DNA from: a virus
Taxonomy: Duplodnaviria > Caudoviricetes
Strand: one strand, 5' to 3'
Length of the DNA stretch: 64,000 nt
Virus record (IMG/VR): IMGVR_UViG_3300033177_000258
The notes under the pieces were generated by a model. It saw only the letters and a program-made list of their open reading frames with translations. It was not told the DNA's origin and ran no database searches. A program made the translations under genes and the position numbers. Below are positions 1 to 10,972 of the stretch, piece after piece. Positions within the stretch are counted from its first letter, which is position 1. Each line of letters begins with the position of its first letter.

Positions 1-79
1 CTTCCAACTGGGTGCGCGAACACCACATGTGGGCGCACCGCGCCAAGGTTCTCAACGCCTGGATGGAGGGCTTGCTCTG

Positions 80-922
80 ATGGTACCCGGCCGCCTCGTC
101 ATCTTGGTGCCCATAGCGGAGCACAAGACCTACGCGCTCCCTTCGCTTCTCGATTCCATCCTGAAGCTCACCCTGCCGCACGACCACTGCTTCTTCTTCC
201 ATGTGAACAGGTCCAAGCCGGCCTTCGCTGAGCATCTACGGTTGGAGCTCCTGCGCCGGGACATCCCCTTCGCCATGGTGTTCAACGACAAGGACTACGC
301 GTCGGAGACTACCCTGCTGCGGGAACGGAACGGCAACGTCCTGGACGACCCTGGGGCCATAGCTGCTCTGTTGGCTATCGCGGAGGCGCGTGAAGCTCTC
401 CTGCGCGGTGCTCTCATGGTCAAGCCCGAGCGCATCTTCTGGTTGGACGCCGACATGGTGCCTCCCCCCGATACGGTATCCCGCCTGATGGCCCACAACA
501 AGGATGTGGTGTCGGCGAAGTGCTTCATGCGCCGGGCCGACATCCCCACCGTTTGTGCTTGGCGGTACGACCCCGCACTGTTGTTGGCCGGCCGCAACCA
601 GGGGCGGGGCCCCATCAACCTGACACTTGAAGAACTGGGTGGCAAGCCCGGTGTAACTTGGCTGCGCGGCAAAACCGACTTGCTGCAACTGACCCAGCGC
701 TTCATTCCTGAAGACAGCACCGGCCTTCAGGAGGTTGATGGCGTCGGGTTGGCGGCAACGCTCTGGAGTGCAGAAGCAGCCAAGAAGGTCATTTTCCACT
801 TGCAGAATCTCACGAGTGATGATATGCTGGCTTCATCGCTTCTGCAAGAAGCCGGTTTCCCCATCTTCGTTGATATGGACCTCCACGTGTTGCACATGGA
901 TTCTGCGCGCGGGGCGGTGTAG
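80..922 (+). CDS. GT-A fold (GT2-like) glycosyltransferase
   Basis: WLDADM DxD motif, 'HNKDVVSA', 'EVDGVGLA', 'GFPIFVD..H'; GGAGGG SD before ATG 80 (ORF track starts at 29). Confidence 0.75.
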   Translation: MVPGRLVILVPIAEHKTYALPSLLDSILKLTLPHDHCFFFHVNRSKPAFAEHLRLELLRRDIPFAMVFNDKDYASETTLLRERNGNVLDDPGAIAALLAIAEAREALLRGALMVKPERIFWLDADMVPPPDTVSRLMAHNKDVVSAKCFMRRADIPTVCAWRYDPALLLAGRNQGRGPINLTLEELGGKPGVTWLRGKTDLLQLTQRFIPEDSTGLQEVDGVGLAATLWSAEAAKKVIFHLQNLTSDDMLASSLLQEAGFPIFVDMDLHVLHMDSARGAV

Positions 923-961
923 ATGGGCATAACCTTTTTTCGTCAATGTATGTCACAGCAT

Positions 962-971
962 GGAATACTTC
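962..971 (+). promoter_or_regulatory. GGAATACTTC motif (putative phage promoter) upstream of tnpB1
   Basis: Motif recurs before nearly all free-standing nuclease genes in the window. Confidence 0.55.
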
Positions 972-977
972 ATGGTG

Positions 978-2126
978 ATGAAGACTACACTCAAGCTGAA
1001 GCTGCTCACAAGCCCGGACCAGCACCAGGCCCTACTCACTACTCTGGAGGTCTTCAATGCCGCCTGTAACTACCTGGCAGAAGTGGCATTCGACAACCAT
1101 ACCGCGAACAAGCTGAAGCTGCAGAAGCTGGCCTACCATGAGACCCGAGAGCGCTTCATGCTCCCGGCCCAACTGGCCGTTCGCGCAATCGCTAAGGTTT
1201 GCGAAGCCTACAAGCGGGACAAGTCAACCCGACCAACCTTCCGGCCGCATGGGGCAGCCATCTACGACCAGCGGGTCCTCTCGTTCAAGGGTCTGGACAC
1301 CGTGTCCATACTCTCCCTCTCCGGCCGGCTCAAGATTCCAATCGTAGTCCACGGTTACGCCCACGACCGAATCACAGCCTACGGCATGCGCGGCCAGGCC
1401 GACCTGCTCTACCAGCGCGGCACGTTCTACCTGTGTGTCGTGGTTGAGCTTCCCGAACCTCCTCCTGGTGAGACTAAGGACTGGCTCGGCGTAGACCTCG
1501 GCATGGTCAACATAGCCACCGACAGCGACGGAGAGAACTTCAGTGGTGCCGAGGTCAACGGCCTCCGTGCCCGGCACAATGCCCTTCGGTCCAAACTCCA
1601 GGGCAAGGGCACGAAGAGCGCCCGTCGTCGTCTCCGTCAACAGAGCGGACGGGAAAACCGCTTCGCCCGAGACGTAAATCACAGAATCTCCAAGAAGCTA
1701 GTCGCGAAAGCCAAAGGCACCGAGCGTGGCATTTCCGTAGAAGACCTGACGGGAATCCGCGAGCGGGTAACGGTTCGCAAGGCACAGCGTCGCGCGCTAC
1801 ATTCTTGGGGCTTCTACCAGTTGGCCTCGTTTGTCGAGTACAAGGCTGCTTTGGCTGGTGTGCCGTTTGTCAAAGTAGACCCCAGGAATACCAGTCGAAC
1901 ATGTCCTTGGTGCGGTCATGTCGCGAAGGCGAACCGTCCTACTCGCGACCAATTCCTCTGTGTGTCGTGCGGTCTCGCTGGGCCGGCCGACCACTTCGCT
2001 GCGGTCGAAATCGGCCGCAGGGCTGCAGTCAATCAGCCGAACGCGGCAGCAGTCATATCGCTAGCTGCGAGCCCTAAGGATTGCAACAGGGTAGTTGACA
2101 AAACCAGCCAAAAACCTTCTGGGTGA
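978..2126 (+). CDS. tnpB: TnpB (IS200/IS605 family RNA-guided nuclease), copy 1
   Basis: RuvC motifs GVDLG, VEDL and ADHFAA; zinc finger CPWC/CVSC; right end GGGTAGTTGAC ending at 2099. Confidence 0.93.
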   Translation: MKTTLKLKLLTSPDQHQALLTTLEVFNAACNYLAEVAFDNHTANKLKLQKLAYHETRERFMLPAQLAVRAIAKVCEAYKRDKSTRPTFRPHGAAIYDQRVLSFKGLDTVSILSLSGRLKIPIVVHGYAHDRITAYGMRGQADLLYQRGTFYLCVVVELPEPPPGETKDWLGVDLGMVNIATDSDGENFSGAEVNGLRARHNALRSKLQGKGTKSARRRLRQQSGRENRFARDVNHRISKKLVAKAKGTERGISVEDLTGIRERVTVRKAQRRALHSWGFYQLASFVEYKAALAGVPFVKVDPRNTSRTCPWCGHVAKANRPTRDQFLCVSCGLAGPADHFAAVEIGRRAAVNQPNAAAVISLAASPKDCNRVVDKTSQKPSG

Positions 2127-2134
2127 GAACGGTC

Positions 2135-5100
2135 ATGAGTAGTTCGCCGAATCACGGGTTTGTGAACCTGCACGTCCATTCCGAGTACAGCGCGATGGAC
2201 GGCGTAAGTACGTGCAAAGAGTTGGTGAAGCGCGTCGGGGTGCTCGGGCAGACGGCCCTGGCTCTCACGGACCATGACGGTCTGTACGGCGCGGTTGACA
2301 TCTGCGAGAGCGCCTTGGCGAAGGATGTCAAGCCCATCGTTGGTTGCGAACTGCGGTTCGTGCCCGACATCTCCGAGAAGGTGCGGGGCTGGCACATCAC
2401 TGCTCTGGCGCTGACGGAGCAGGGGTACCGCAACCTCTGCGACTTGGTGACGGAAAGCTACCGCCCCAAGAACTTCTTCTACAGCCCCCGCATCCCTCTG
2501 CAGTCGCTTCTGGAACGACAGGAGGGTTTGGCGCTGCTCTCTGGCTGCTGGTTCGGGTACCCGGCCCAGACCTACGAGCAGACCGTCCACGGCGGCCGCG
2601 ACCGGATGGCTCAATTCCAGGAAATCACCAGCGCTCTGCAGTCGGCCTACGGCGAGCGCTTCCTCTTCGAGCTCTTCACTGGCGACTACGCCCATTCTCG
2701 CGAGGCCATCACGTTCCTGCTCGACGCCTCGGCCAAGTGGGGCATCAAGACTGTTGCGACCAACGACTCCCACTTCGCCGCCCCCGAGGACTGGCGCAAG
2801 GCGGAGTTGATACGTCGCATCCGCATGAAGGGCAAGGACGAAGAGGGCAATGCCATGCCCCAGCACCAGTACCTCATGGGTGAGCAGGAAATGCGCACAC
2901 TGCTCCCAGAGGAAGCGGTGGACAACACGGTGATGGTGGCCGGCTGGGCGGAGTACGCCTTGGACCTGGCCATTGACCGAGAGGGCCACGTGCTGCTGGA
3001 CAAAGTGCTGCAGCGCCTGCCGAAGCTGCCTCTGGCTGAGGGACAGACGGAGTGGGGCGCATTCATTGAGGCCATCAAGCAGGGGTGGCAGAAGAGGATG
3101 GGCTACCTCACCGAGGAGCAGCGGCCCATCTACCACGAACGTCTACTGCGGGAAATCGAGGTCTTCAAAGAGACCGGCCTGGCCGGCTATATGCTCATTG
3201 TGGCCGCGATGACCGATTACTGCGCGGAAAACGGCATCCTGCGGGGCCCCGGCCGAGGCTCGGCGTCAGGGTCCCTGTGCTCCTTCCTGCTGGGTATCAC
3301 CGACCTTGACCCCATAGCCTCCGGCTTGTTCTTCGAGCGGTTCCTGGACGCCCGGCGCGCCAGCATGCCAGACATTGATGTGGACTACGACCCGGACGAC
3401 CGGGAGCGTGTGTTCGCCTATCTGCAGCGGACGTATGGTGTTGACCACGTGGCGCGCATCCTGACCTTCCAGCGGTTGGTGGGTAGCAGCGCGGTCAAAG
3501 ACGTGGGCTCCATGATGGGGGTCAGCTACGACGAGCTCAACAAGCTCACTTCGGCCATCGAGGACTTCGATGAACTGGATGTGAGCGAAGGCGCCCCGCC
3601 CTCCGACAAGAACAAGGAGGCGCTCGGGGTCATCGCTCAGAACCCGGACCTCGCAGCGGTGGTGCAGCAGGCCAAGCTGATTTCTGCCGACGAGAAGACC
3701 AAGACCAAAGGGGTCATCCGTCAGGTAGGTGCCCATGCGGCCGGCGTGGTTATCGCCCCCGGCCCGGTGCGCTACCTCTCTCCCACCCAGCTCACCAAGC
3801 GCGATAGCAACCTGGAAGTCTTCCAGTGGGACATGGGCGCAGTAGACAAGATGGGTCTGCTGAAGATTGACGTTCTCAACGTCAGGACCCTCGGCATGGC
3901 GCGCGACATCATCAGCCTGGTCAAGAAGCGGCATGGGGTGGAGCTCGACTGGTACTCTATCCCAGTCGAAGACCCCGCCGCCTACGAAATGGCCGGGCGC
4001 GGTCGCACTACCGCCATCTTCCAGCTTGAGAAGCGCACGGCCCAGGAGCCACTGAAGAAGATTAAGCCCAACTCGCTGTTGGACTTGGCTGTCGTTCTGG
4101 CGCTCAACCGTCCGGGCCCCATGGAGTACATGGAAGAGTACGCCATCTGCAAGAACGACCCGTCGCAGATAACCTACGACCTGCGCGAATGGGAGTCGGT
4201 GCTGGCCGAGACTTACGGCATCATGGTCTACCAGGAGCAGGTCATCCAAGCCCTGCAGGCGCTGGGATTCGACTTCACCGAAGCCGACGACTTCCGCCGA
4301 GGGATGGCCAAGAAGAAGCAGGACCTCATCGAGGCGGCCAAACTCAGGGTCGTGCCCAAGATAATCGAGCGTGGGTACTCCGAAGCTCACGCTGAAGCCG
4401 TCTGGGCGAAGATAGCCAAGTTCGGCGGCTACGCGTTCAACAAAGCGCATGCTGTGGCGTATGGCGCGATTTCCGCCCGCATGCTGTACCTGAAGACCCA
4501 CTACCCTGCGGAGTACATGGCAGCCGCTCTGACCTCCCAGGACAAAGAGGAGTTCTTCACCAGATACATCGAGGAAGTCTCGCGCCTGGGTCTGCGCTTG
4601 CTGCCTCCCGACATCAACGAGGCCAGCGAGAGCTTCACTCCAAGCGACGGCGCTGTGCGGTTCGGTTTCTCTCAGATTTCCCACATCGGCGCCGTCGCCA
4701 AGGCCATAGTGGCGGCCCGCCTGGTCCGCCCCCGAGGATGGCGCGGGCCCGAGCCGGAGAACGGGGTGTACCCGTACCAAGACCCACTAGACTTCTGCCG
4801 GCGCCTGAAAGACCACGGCATGAACCGGCGCCAGTTGGATGCTCTGGTCTGGGCTGGGGCGTTCGACGCCTTCTGCCCTTCGCGGGCTTTCCTGGCCGAC
4901 AAGGTTGACCAACTCATGGGCATGGCGAAAGCCGGCCGCACCTCAGTGGAGGCTTTGGTGACGTGGGAGTCTCTGTTGGCGGACGCGGAACTGCGCCCCG
5001 ATGACGAGGACCTGCTGGCCGACAAGGAGCAGGAGTTGTTGCGCTGCTCGCCGCGTCGCATGGCGCAGGACATCAGTTTGCGTGAGCGCATAGGAAAGGG

Positions 5101-5386
5101 TACCGCGCCCCTGTCCCAGCTCGAACCGCAAGCCAAGGGCGTCAAAGTCTGCGGGCGCATCCTCGAAATCGGTAAGCGCTCTGGCAGGAAGAACGACTAT
5201 GCCTACCTGCAGTTGAACGACGGGACGGCCATCATGCGATGCCTGGCGTTCAAAGAAGAAGTCATCCAGCAGCTATCGGACGAAATAGGTCCTCAGGCAG
5301 CAGTGGTGCTACAGGGAGACGTGAGTGATGACGGGACGGCGTTCTTCATTCGCAAAATAGTGCAGTCTGACGCCGGCGCAAGTTAG
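2135..5386 (+). CDS. dnaE: DNA polymerase III alpha subunit
   Basis: PHP motif LHVHSEYS, GPGRGSASGS, MPDIDVD, FNKAHAVAY, C-terminal OB fold (ORF track starts at 2123). Confidence 0.97.
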   Translation: MSSSPNHGFVNLHVHSEYSAMDGVSTCKELVKRVGVLGQTALALTDHDGLYGAVDICESALAKDVKPIVGCELRFVPDISEKVRGWHITALALTEQGYRNLCDLVTESYRPKNFFYSPRIPLQSLLERQEGLALLSGCWFGYPAQTYEQTVHGGRDRMAQFQEITSALQSAYGERFLFELFTGDYAHSREAITFLLDASAKWGIKTVATNDSHFAAPEDWRKAELIRRIRMKGKDEEGNAMPQHQYLMGEQEMRTLLPEEAVDNTVMVAGWAEYALDLAIDREGHVLLDKVLQRLPKLPLAEGQTEWGAFIEAIKQGWQKRMGYLTEEQRPIYHERLLREIEVFKETGLAGYMLIVAAMTDYCAENGILRGPGRGSASGSLCSFLLGITDLDPIASGLFFERFLDARRASMPDIDVDYDPDDRERVFAYLQRTYGVDHVARILTFQRLVGSSAVKDVGSMMGVSYDELNKLTSAIEDFDELDVSEGAPPSDKNKEALGVIAQNPDLAAVVQQAKLISADEKTKTKGVIRQVGAHAAGVVIAPGPVRYLSPTQLTKRDSNLEVFQWDMGAVDKMGLLKIDVLNVRTLGMARDIISLVKKRHGVELDWYSIPVEDPAAYEMAGRGRTTAIFQLEKRTAQEPLKKIKPNSLLDLAVVLALNRPGPMEYMEEYAICKNDPSQITYDLREWESVLAETYGIMVYQEQVIQALQALGFDFTEADDFRRGMAKKKQDLIEAAKLRVVPKIIERGYSEAHAEAVWAKIAKFGGYAFNKAHAVAYGAISARMLYLKTHYPAEYMAAALTSQDKEEFFTRYIEEVSRLGLRLLPPDINEASESFTPSDGAVRFGFSQISHIGAVAKAIVAARLVRPRGWRGPEPENGVYPYQDPLDFCRRLKDHGMNRRQLDALVWAGAFDAFCPSRAFLADKVDQLMGMAKAGRTSVEALVTWESLLADAELRPDDEDLLADKEQELLRCSPRRMAQDISLRERIGKGTAPLSQLEPQAKGVKVCGRILEIGKRSGRKNDYAYLQLNDGTAIMRCLAFKEEVIQQLSDEIGPQAAVVLQGDVSDDGTAFFIRKIVQSDAGAS

Positions 5387-5394
5387 AGAAGCGC

Positions 5395-5404
5395 GGAATA
5401 CTTC
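5395..5404 (+). promoter_or_regulatory. GGAATACTTC motif upstream of tnpB2
   Basis: Exact copy of the motif 41 nt before the ATG. Confidence 0.5.
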
Positions 5405-5445
5405 TATGCGAGCAAGTAGAACATAGTCTCATATATGAACTTCCA

Positions 5446-6555
5446 ATGCAACGCACTCTCTACATCCAATTGGTAGTTTCCCCCGAACAAGGCAGAGCCA
5501 TCGGCGTCACGATGGCTCTGTATACGGCTTGCTTCAACGCGGCCACTCGGTTCGGTTGGGACAACCATACGGTAAATGGAGTGGAGCTACATAAGGGCAC
5601 CTATGCTACCCTTCGCGCCCAGTACCCCGAGCTTCCCTCCCAACTTGTCTGCTCTTCTCGCGTCAAAGCGACAGAGTCACTCAAGTCAGTCCGCGCCCGT
5701 CTCGCCAAGGGCAAGAAAGCATCCTGCCCGCTCTCCCGTCTTCAGTCGGTACGCTACGACGCCCGTTCCTACACCATTTCCCTCACCGAAGGCTGGGCCA
5801 CTCTCGCCACGGTCGCCGGCCGTCAGCGCGTCACATTCGACGCCGGCTTCACCAGGCTCCAGACCTGGAAGCCCACCTCGGCCGAACTCGTCTACCGTCG
5901 CAACCAGTTCTGGCTCCACGTCGTTGTAGAGTCCCCCGCCCCCGTCTACACCGCAACCGGCGAGGTTGTCGGTGTAGACTTGGGCATTGTCCGCCCGGCC
6001 GTCACCTCCGAAGCCCAGTTCTTCGGTGAGCGGCGCTGGCGCAACGTCGAACAGCGGTACTTCCGTCTTCGCAGAGCCTTGCAGGCAAAGGCCACTCGCT
6101 CCGCCCGTCGTAAGCTACGTAAGCTCTCGGGCAAGCAGGCTAGGTTTCGCCGCGACTGCGACCACGTACTGTCCCGCCGCCTTGTAGAGTCCGTTGACCC
6201 AGGAGCCGTACTCGTCTTCGAGAACCTGACTGGAATCCGTGACCGCGCTGACTTCGGCCGGCATGGCAACCGTCGTCTCCACGGGTGGAGCTTCGCCCAA
6301 CTGTTCGCGTTCACGGCCTACAAAGCCGAGGAAGGCGGCAAGACGACGGCGACGGTAGACCCGCGCGGGACGAGCCAGAAATGCTCGCGGTGCGGACACG
6401 TCGCGCGGGGCAACCGCGTCAGCCAGTCAGAGTTCCGGTGCCAGAAGTGCGGCTTTCGAATCAACGCTGACCTCAACGCGGGACGAAACGTGAAGGGGAA
6501 GTACCTGGTCCGAGAGGGCAGCGCCGTCTCGGGCGGGCCGCGTCAACCGGCCTAA
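5446..6555 (+). CDS. tnpB: TnpB, copy 2 (different subfamily from copy 1)
   Basis: GVDLG, FENL, NADLNA; CSRC/CQKC; right end GGTAGTAGTTGA at about 6591-6602. Confidence 0.93.
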   Translation: MQRTLYIQLVVSPEQGRAIGVTMALYTACFNAATRFGWDNHTVNGVELHKGTYATLRAQYPELPSQLVCSSRVKATESLKSVRARLAKGKKASCPLSRLQSVRYDARSYTISLTEGWATLATVAGRQRVTFDAGFTRLQTWKPTSAELVYRRNQFWLHVVVESPAPVYTATGEVVGVDLGIVRPAVTSEAQFFGERRWRNVEQRYFRLRRALQAKATRSARRKLRKLSGKQARFRRDCDHVLSRRLVESVDPGAVLVFENLTGIRDRADFGRHGNRRLHGWSFAQLFAFTAYKAEEGGKTTATVDPRGTSQKCSRCGHVARGNRVSQSEFRCQKCGFRINADLNAGRNVKGKYLVREGSAVSGGPRQPA

Positions 6556-6632
6556 TGCAGCGTGTTGTTTGCGGCTGCAAGCTACCTTTGGGTAGTAGTT
6601 GAATCGTAAGATTGTCACATTGAGGAGCTGGT

Positions 6633-7346
6633 ATGCGTCTTTCTATCCTAACTCCAACAATCAGGGGTAGCCGCTGCGATGCGCTCTCTCGGGTAGTTGG
6701 CGACCTGCGCCAACATTGGGATGTGACTTGGTGGCTCTGCCCCAATGCTCCTGGATGGGACGCCCGGCCGCCGCTGTTTGCTCGGGTTGTGCCCCTGGTG
6801 TTCTCTGGCCCGGTGCCGGTTCTCTCTCGCATCAACCAGGCGCGCGAACTGCTGAGGGTAGCGGCATCGTCGTGGCCGGCCGACGTGGTTGTGTGGCTGG
6901 ACGATGACATGACACCCACGACCGAGCAGCTACACCAGCTTGCGTCCACGGCCATCCGTTCCGATACGCGAGGGCTTCTCGTCTCGCCTGTGATGCGGAA
7001 CCGACATAGCACCGATGACTACACCTGTGCCTGGGTCTTCACCCAGACTGCCGTGGAAGTTCGTGGAGCGGACCTGGACTTGTCCATCCACGGCCTGTCT
7101 TTCCTCCCGTCATCCGTATCCCGTGAAGATAGGGGATTCGTATGGGCCCACGGAGTGGGACTCGGTTGTGTCGCTCACCCCTGGGCCTTCTTGCTTGAGT
7201 TCGCCTTCCCTGCCGCCGAGGTGGCTGACGACGAGTGGTTGTCGCGCGCGTTCGCTGCGAGCGGGCGCACTGGCATCATTGTTGACTACACGCTTGACGT
7301 GGGGCACATTGATGCAGATAAGGAGCACTCATGCCCAGAAGTCTAA
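6633..7346 (+). CDS. GT-A fold glycosyltransferase-like protein
   Basis: WLDDDM, GVGLGC, 'IIVDYTLDVGH'; same motif layout as 80..922. Confidence 0.6.
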   Translation: MRLSILTPTIRGSRCDALSRVVGDLRQHWDVTWWLCPNAPGWDARPPLFARVVPLVFSGPVPVLSRINQARELLRVAASSWPADVVVWLDDDMTPTTEQLHQLASTAIRSDTRGLLVSPVMRNRHSTDDYTCAWVFTQTAVEVRGADLDLSIHGLSFLPSSVSREDRGFVWAHGVGLGCVAHPWAFLLEFAFPAAEVADDEWLSRAFAASGRTGIIVDYTLDVGHIDADKEHSCPEV

Positions 7347-10300
7347 TCATCTACGATGGACAGAGCGGGGAAATCCTGCTGCGTATCGCCGGCTATGCAG
7401 GCGACGCCCCCGAAGACCCGACCGCCATCTTGCCGTTGGCGCCACCAACCGCCAAGTGCAAGATTGTGGGCGATGACCTGCCCGAGCTCTTACCCGCCAG
7501 CCGCGTCAACCCCATGGATGAAACGGTCATCCCTGCGCGCATTGTCTACAGCCCCCCGGTGTCCTACAATGCCACTGGGAAGGTTGTCATCGTTACACCC
7601 CACGGTTTCGTGGCGGGCACGACCAAGTACAACATCGCGCTGGCCCAGGCGCTGCTGCGGCAGGGCAAGAAGACCAGCATCTTCTTTCTCGGCTCCTGTT
7701 CCCCCGATGTGGCTTCCTACCTGGAAGAGTTGGGCGTCCCGTTCGCCGAGGGCTCTCCGGCAGCAGCGGTGCAGTACGTATCCGATGCCGACTCGGTTGT
7801 GTGGCATGGCGATGGCGGGCCGATAGTGGCCTTCATCACCGAGTTCGCCAAACTGAGCTCGCGGCCGCACAGCACCTTGGTCCTGCACATGGAGAGCGAC
7901 TTCCTCATGGCCGCCTATGCGGCGCCAGTAGTGGAGCGCCTGGTGGTTGTCGGTCGCTGGATGCTCAAGCACTTCCCCTACGCAACCTGGTGTCCGCCCC
8001 CCGCCGTCATCGAGCCTCAGGCCGGCAACCGCGACGAGAGGACCATTGTCTATCTCGGACGGTTGGCCGAGCATAAGGGACTGGAGAACCTGGTCAGTTC
8101 GCTGTGCGTGCTGGAGGACTTCAGGCTGGTACTGGTGGGTGCCGGTCCATTGCACGACCCCCTCATTACTCGTGCTAAGGAGCTCGGCTGCGCTGACCGG
8201 CTTACGGTGGTGGATGGCGACCTCCGCGCAACACGGCACCTCAGCCGGGGTGGCATATTCGTGTTGGCCAGTGAGAGCGAGGGGGCCTCTGTCGCCTTGG
8301 TTGAAGCCATCGCGGCCGGGCTCAAGGTGGTGGCCACTCCGGTTGGGGACGCGCCTTGGCTGGCAGAAGAAAAAGGCGTGCCCATCACCATCATCCCCAA
8401 CAACCAGGTGAACAGCATTGTCTCGGGCGTGGTGCAGTCTCACGCCCAGTTCGGTAACGCCCCCTTGCCACCTCAGTATTCCATATCGTACTTCGAACAG
8501 GTATGGCGCCACACCTTGCCGCTCAGTCCGGTCGAAGCGCCGGCCGCGACAACCGCTCGGCCGAAGGTGTCTGTTCTGATGCCGGTCTACGGCTACAAGC
8601 ATCTGATGGATGGCGCCATTGCAAGTGTGCTCAACCAAAGCGACGCCTTGGAAGTTGTGGTCGTGGACAACGGGAACCAAGACGACACTCTGGCTCGACT
8701 CCAAGACTGGCAGCAGCGCGACCCCCGTGTGAAGCCAGTCTCCGTCTTGAACAACGTCGGGCTATCCGGGGCAAGGAACCAAGCACTGCGAGCCGCGACG
8801 GGGGAATGGGTTTGTCTTCTAGACCCCGACGACCGCTACATGCCAGGCTTCATCGAGCCCCGGTTGGCCCTGATGGGCGCCGACCGGCGCGCCGTTCTCT
8901 CCTGCGGCCAGGCCCTGGCCGTTCGCGATGGCCAGCCGCAAGGCATCATGCCCAGCGCTCCCTATGACCGGGCAGTCCAGAGCGGCAACAACCGAGTTCT
9001 GTGTCAGTCAGTCATGATGCCGCACTGGGCGGCAGTCGCGGCAGGCGGCAATGAGCCTTGGCGGTATGCTGAGGACTGGGGGCTGTGGGCGCGGTTGGCG
9101 TCGGCCGGCGAAGTCTTGTTTGACGGCCGCCCGGTATACGAACTCCATGCGCACGCCCAACAGCGCAGCCGCATCACCAGTGAAGGGCTCTGGGACAAGT
9201 ATGCTTGTAACTTGCGCGCCGCATTCCACAACGCCTTCTGCTATGGCTTCACTCGGCCGCTGAGCATTTTGATGGTGCTCCCCGACCTGGAGCCCAATGG
9301 GGCCCAGCACGCGGCTCTGCAGATTGCTCTGCGTCTCAAGGCCGCTGGTCACGGAGTGGACGTGCTTTCTCTGATGCCATATTGGGCACCCCCGTCCGAG
9401 TGGGCGGAAAGCGGTCTCAGTGTTTCCTGCGCCAGCGGTTGGGACAACTTCCTGCAGATGACGAAGAGCGGTCGCTATGATGTTGCTTTCATCCATTGTT
9501 GGTCGGGTTCCGGCATCATTGCCTCTACCCACTGCTCGCTTCCGGCTGTGGTTGTCCATCATTCGGTTGAGGCGGATACGCGGCCTCCTAACGACGACAG
9601 GGCTCTGCGCCTGCACGTTTCGGTCGCTCCCTACGGGCGGGCTAAGTTCTCGTTCGAGCCGGTGACGGACGGCGAGCCGGCGACCAACACCTACATCTGC
9701 AACGGTGTAGACACCGACCGCATCAACAGTGTGCGGGTCGGTAAACAGCAAGCCAGAGAAGAACTGGGCATCCCAATGGACCAGAAATTGGTGGTGTCGG
9801 TGACGCGCGCTGACCGCGAGAAAGGCGCCGACATCCTGATGGATGTTCCACAGCATGTTGCGGATGACGTGAAGTTTGTGGCCATTGGGGTCGCGCCGGG
9901 CCAGGCGCTCTACGAGACGGTTATGTCTAACTTTGTTCTGTTTGGGGTGGAGAGCAAAGGAGTGCTGCCTTGGGAACAGGTCGTGCGTTGGCTGGAAGCG
10001 GCGGATGTGCTGTTGGTCCCATCGCGGCGCGAGGCGCACAGTTTGGTTGTTATGGAGAGTCTGGCGCTCGGTACATTGGTCGTGGGCGCGGCGTCTGCTT
10101 TGCCGTCTGAGGATATACGCGGCTTGTACCGGGTGAGCGCCCCGGACGCTCGTCAGTTGGCCGAAGCGCTCAGCCAGGCCCTGTCATCAGGAGAGACAGT
10201 AGGCCCGCTGCCTGAAGAGTGGAGCTGGGAAACGATTGCTTTCAAGTATGGAGCGGCTCTGCGCTTGTTGGCATTGCGCGACAAGTGGACCAAGTGTGAG

Positions 10301-10972
10301 CGCAACATGGAAGTCCCGCCCCAGCCGCCAATAAACCTGGCTGTCACCCTGGAGCTGCCTGAGACTGCCCGTTTGGTTTCGTTTGGGTTGATGGTTAAGA
10401 TGGCGCTGGAGAGAGCGGGGGTCGCTATTGTGGCGCCCGGCGAGAGTCGGCACCGCTTGGCCCTGTCTGCCGATGGGAGATTCTTGGAGGTCTACGACCA
10501 GCTTAGGCTTGTGGGGCGTGTGTATTTCGACCCAGCGCTTTTTGGGCAAGCTGGGCCGGAGGACAGACTGTGCCCCCCGCCCATCATCCCGGCGCACGTA
10601 ACGCAGGGACCTTCTCCCATCTGCGTGGGTGATGTCCCATTGTTGCGGAACGCCGAAGCGCGCCCCGCCGCAGAGGGGCCCGCCGATTTTGCTCATGCTC
10701 TCTATGCCGTGGTGGGCGACTGGCTGGACGCGGTTTACGCCCAAGCGGCCGGTATCCCAGTAGCATCCGTGGCCAACAGCTATGGCCTGACCTGCAACTG
10801 GTACTCGGGTGTGACGGCTACGCCCGACACGGTAGGAACTGAGGCCGGCCGCATTGACCGCGAGACTTGGGCTTTCTACGCCGACAACATCCGTCGCTAC
10901 GGAGCCAGGTGGCATGCGCCTAAAGGGGAGCTGGCGCGGTGCGTGGCAGCCATGCTGGGTGGTGGGGAATGA
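7331..10972 (+). CDS. Multidomain glycosyltransferase (GT4-GT2-GT4)
   Basis: GRLAEHKG and SESEG..EA (GT4); VSVLMPVY, DNG and LDPDD (GT2); second GT4 motif PSRREA..ES. Confidence 0.9.
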   Translation: MPRSLIIYDGQSGEILLRIAGYAGDAPEDPTAILPLAPPTAKCKIVGDDLPELLPASRVNPMDETVIPARIVYSPPVSYNATGKVVIVTPHGFVAGTTKYNIALAQALLRQGKKTSIFFLGSCSPDVASYLEELGVPFAEGSPAAAVQYVSDADSVVWHGDGGPIVAFITEFAKLSSRPHSTLVLHMESDFLMAAYAAPVVERLVVVGRWMLKHFPYATWCPPPAVIEPQAGNRDERTIVYLGRLAEHKGLENLVSSLCVLEDFRLVLVGAGPLHDPLITRAKELGCADRLTVVDGDLRATRHLSRGGIFVLASESEGASVALVEAIAAGLKVVATPVGDAPWLAEEKGVPITIIPNNQVNSIVSGVVQSHAQFGNAPLPPQYSISYFEQVWRHTLPLSPVEAPAATTARPKVSVLMPVYGYKHLMDGAIASVLNQSDALEVVVVDNGNQDDTLARLQDWQQRDPRVKPVSVLNNVGLSGARNQALRAATGEWVCLLDPDDRYMPGFIEPRLALMGADRRAVLSCGQALAVRDGQPQGIMPSAPYDRAVQSGNNRVLCQSVMMPHWAAVAAGGNEPWRYAEDWGLWARLASAGEVLFDGRPVYELHAHAQQRSRITSEGLWDKYACNLRAAFHNAFCYGFTRPLSILMVLPDLEPNGAQHAALQIALRLKAAGHGVDVLSLMPYWAPPSEWAESGLSVSCASGWDNFLQMTKSGRYDVAFIHCWSGSGIIASTHCSLPAVVVHHSVEADTRPPNDDRALRLHVSVAPYGRAKFSFEPVTDGEPATNTYICNGVDTDRINSVRVGKQQAREELGIPMDQKLVVSVTRADREKGADILMDVPQHVADDVKFVAIGVAPGQALYETVMSNFVLFGVESKGVLPWEQVVRWLEAADVLLVPSRREAHSLVVMESLALGTLVVGAASALPSEDIRGLYRVSAPDARQLAEALSQALSSGETVGPLPEEWSWETIAFKYGAALRLLALRDKWTKCERNMEVPPQPPINLAVTLELPETARLVSFGLMVKMALERAGVAIVAPGESRHRLALSADGRFLEVYDQLRLVGRVYFDPALFGQAGPEDRLCPPPIIPAHVTQGPSPICVGDVPLLRNAEARPAAEGPADFAHALYAVVGDWLDAVYAQAAGIPVASVANSYGLTCNWYSGVTATPDTVGTEAGRIDRETWAFYADNIRRYGARWHAPKGELARCVAAMLGGGE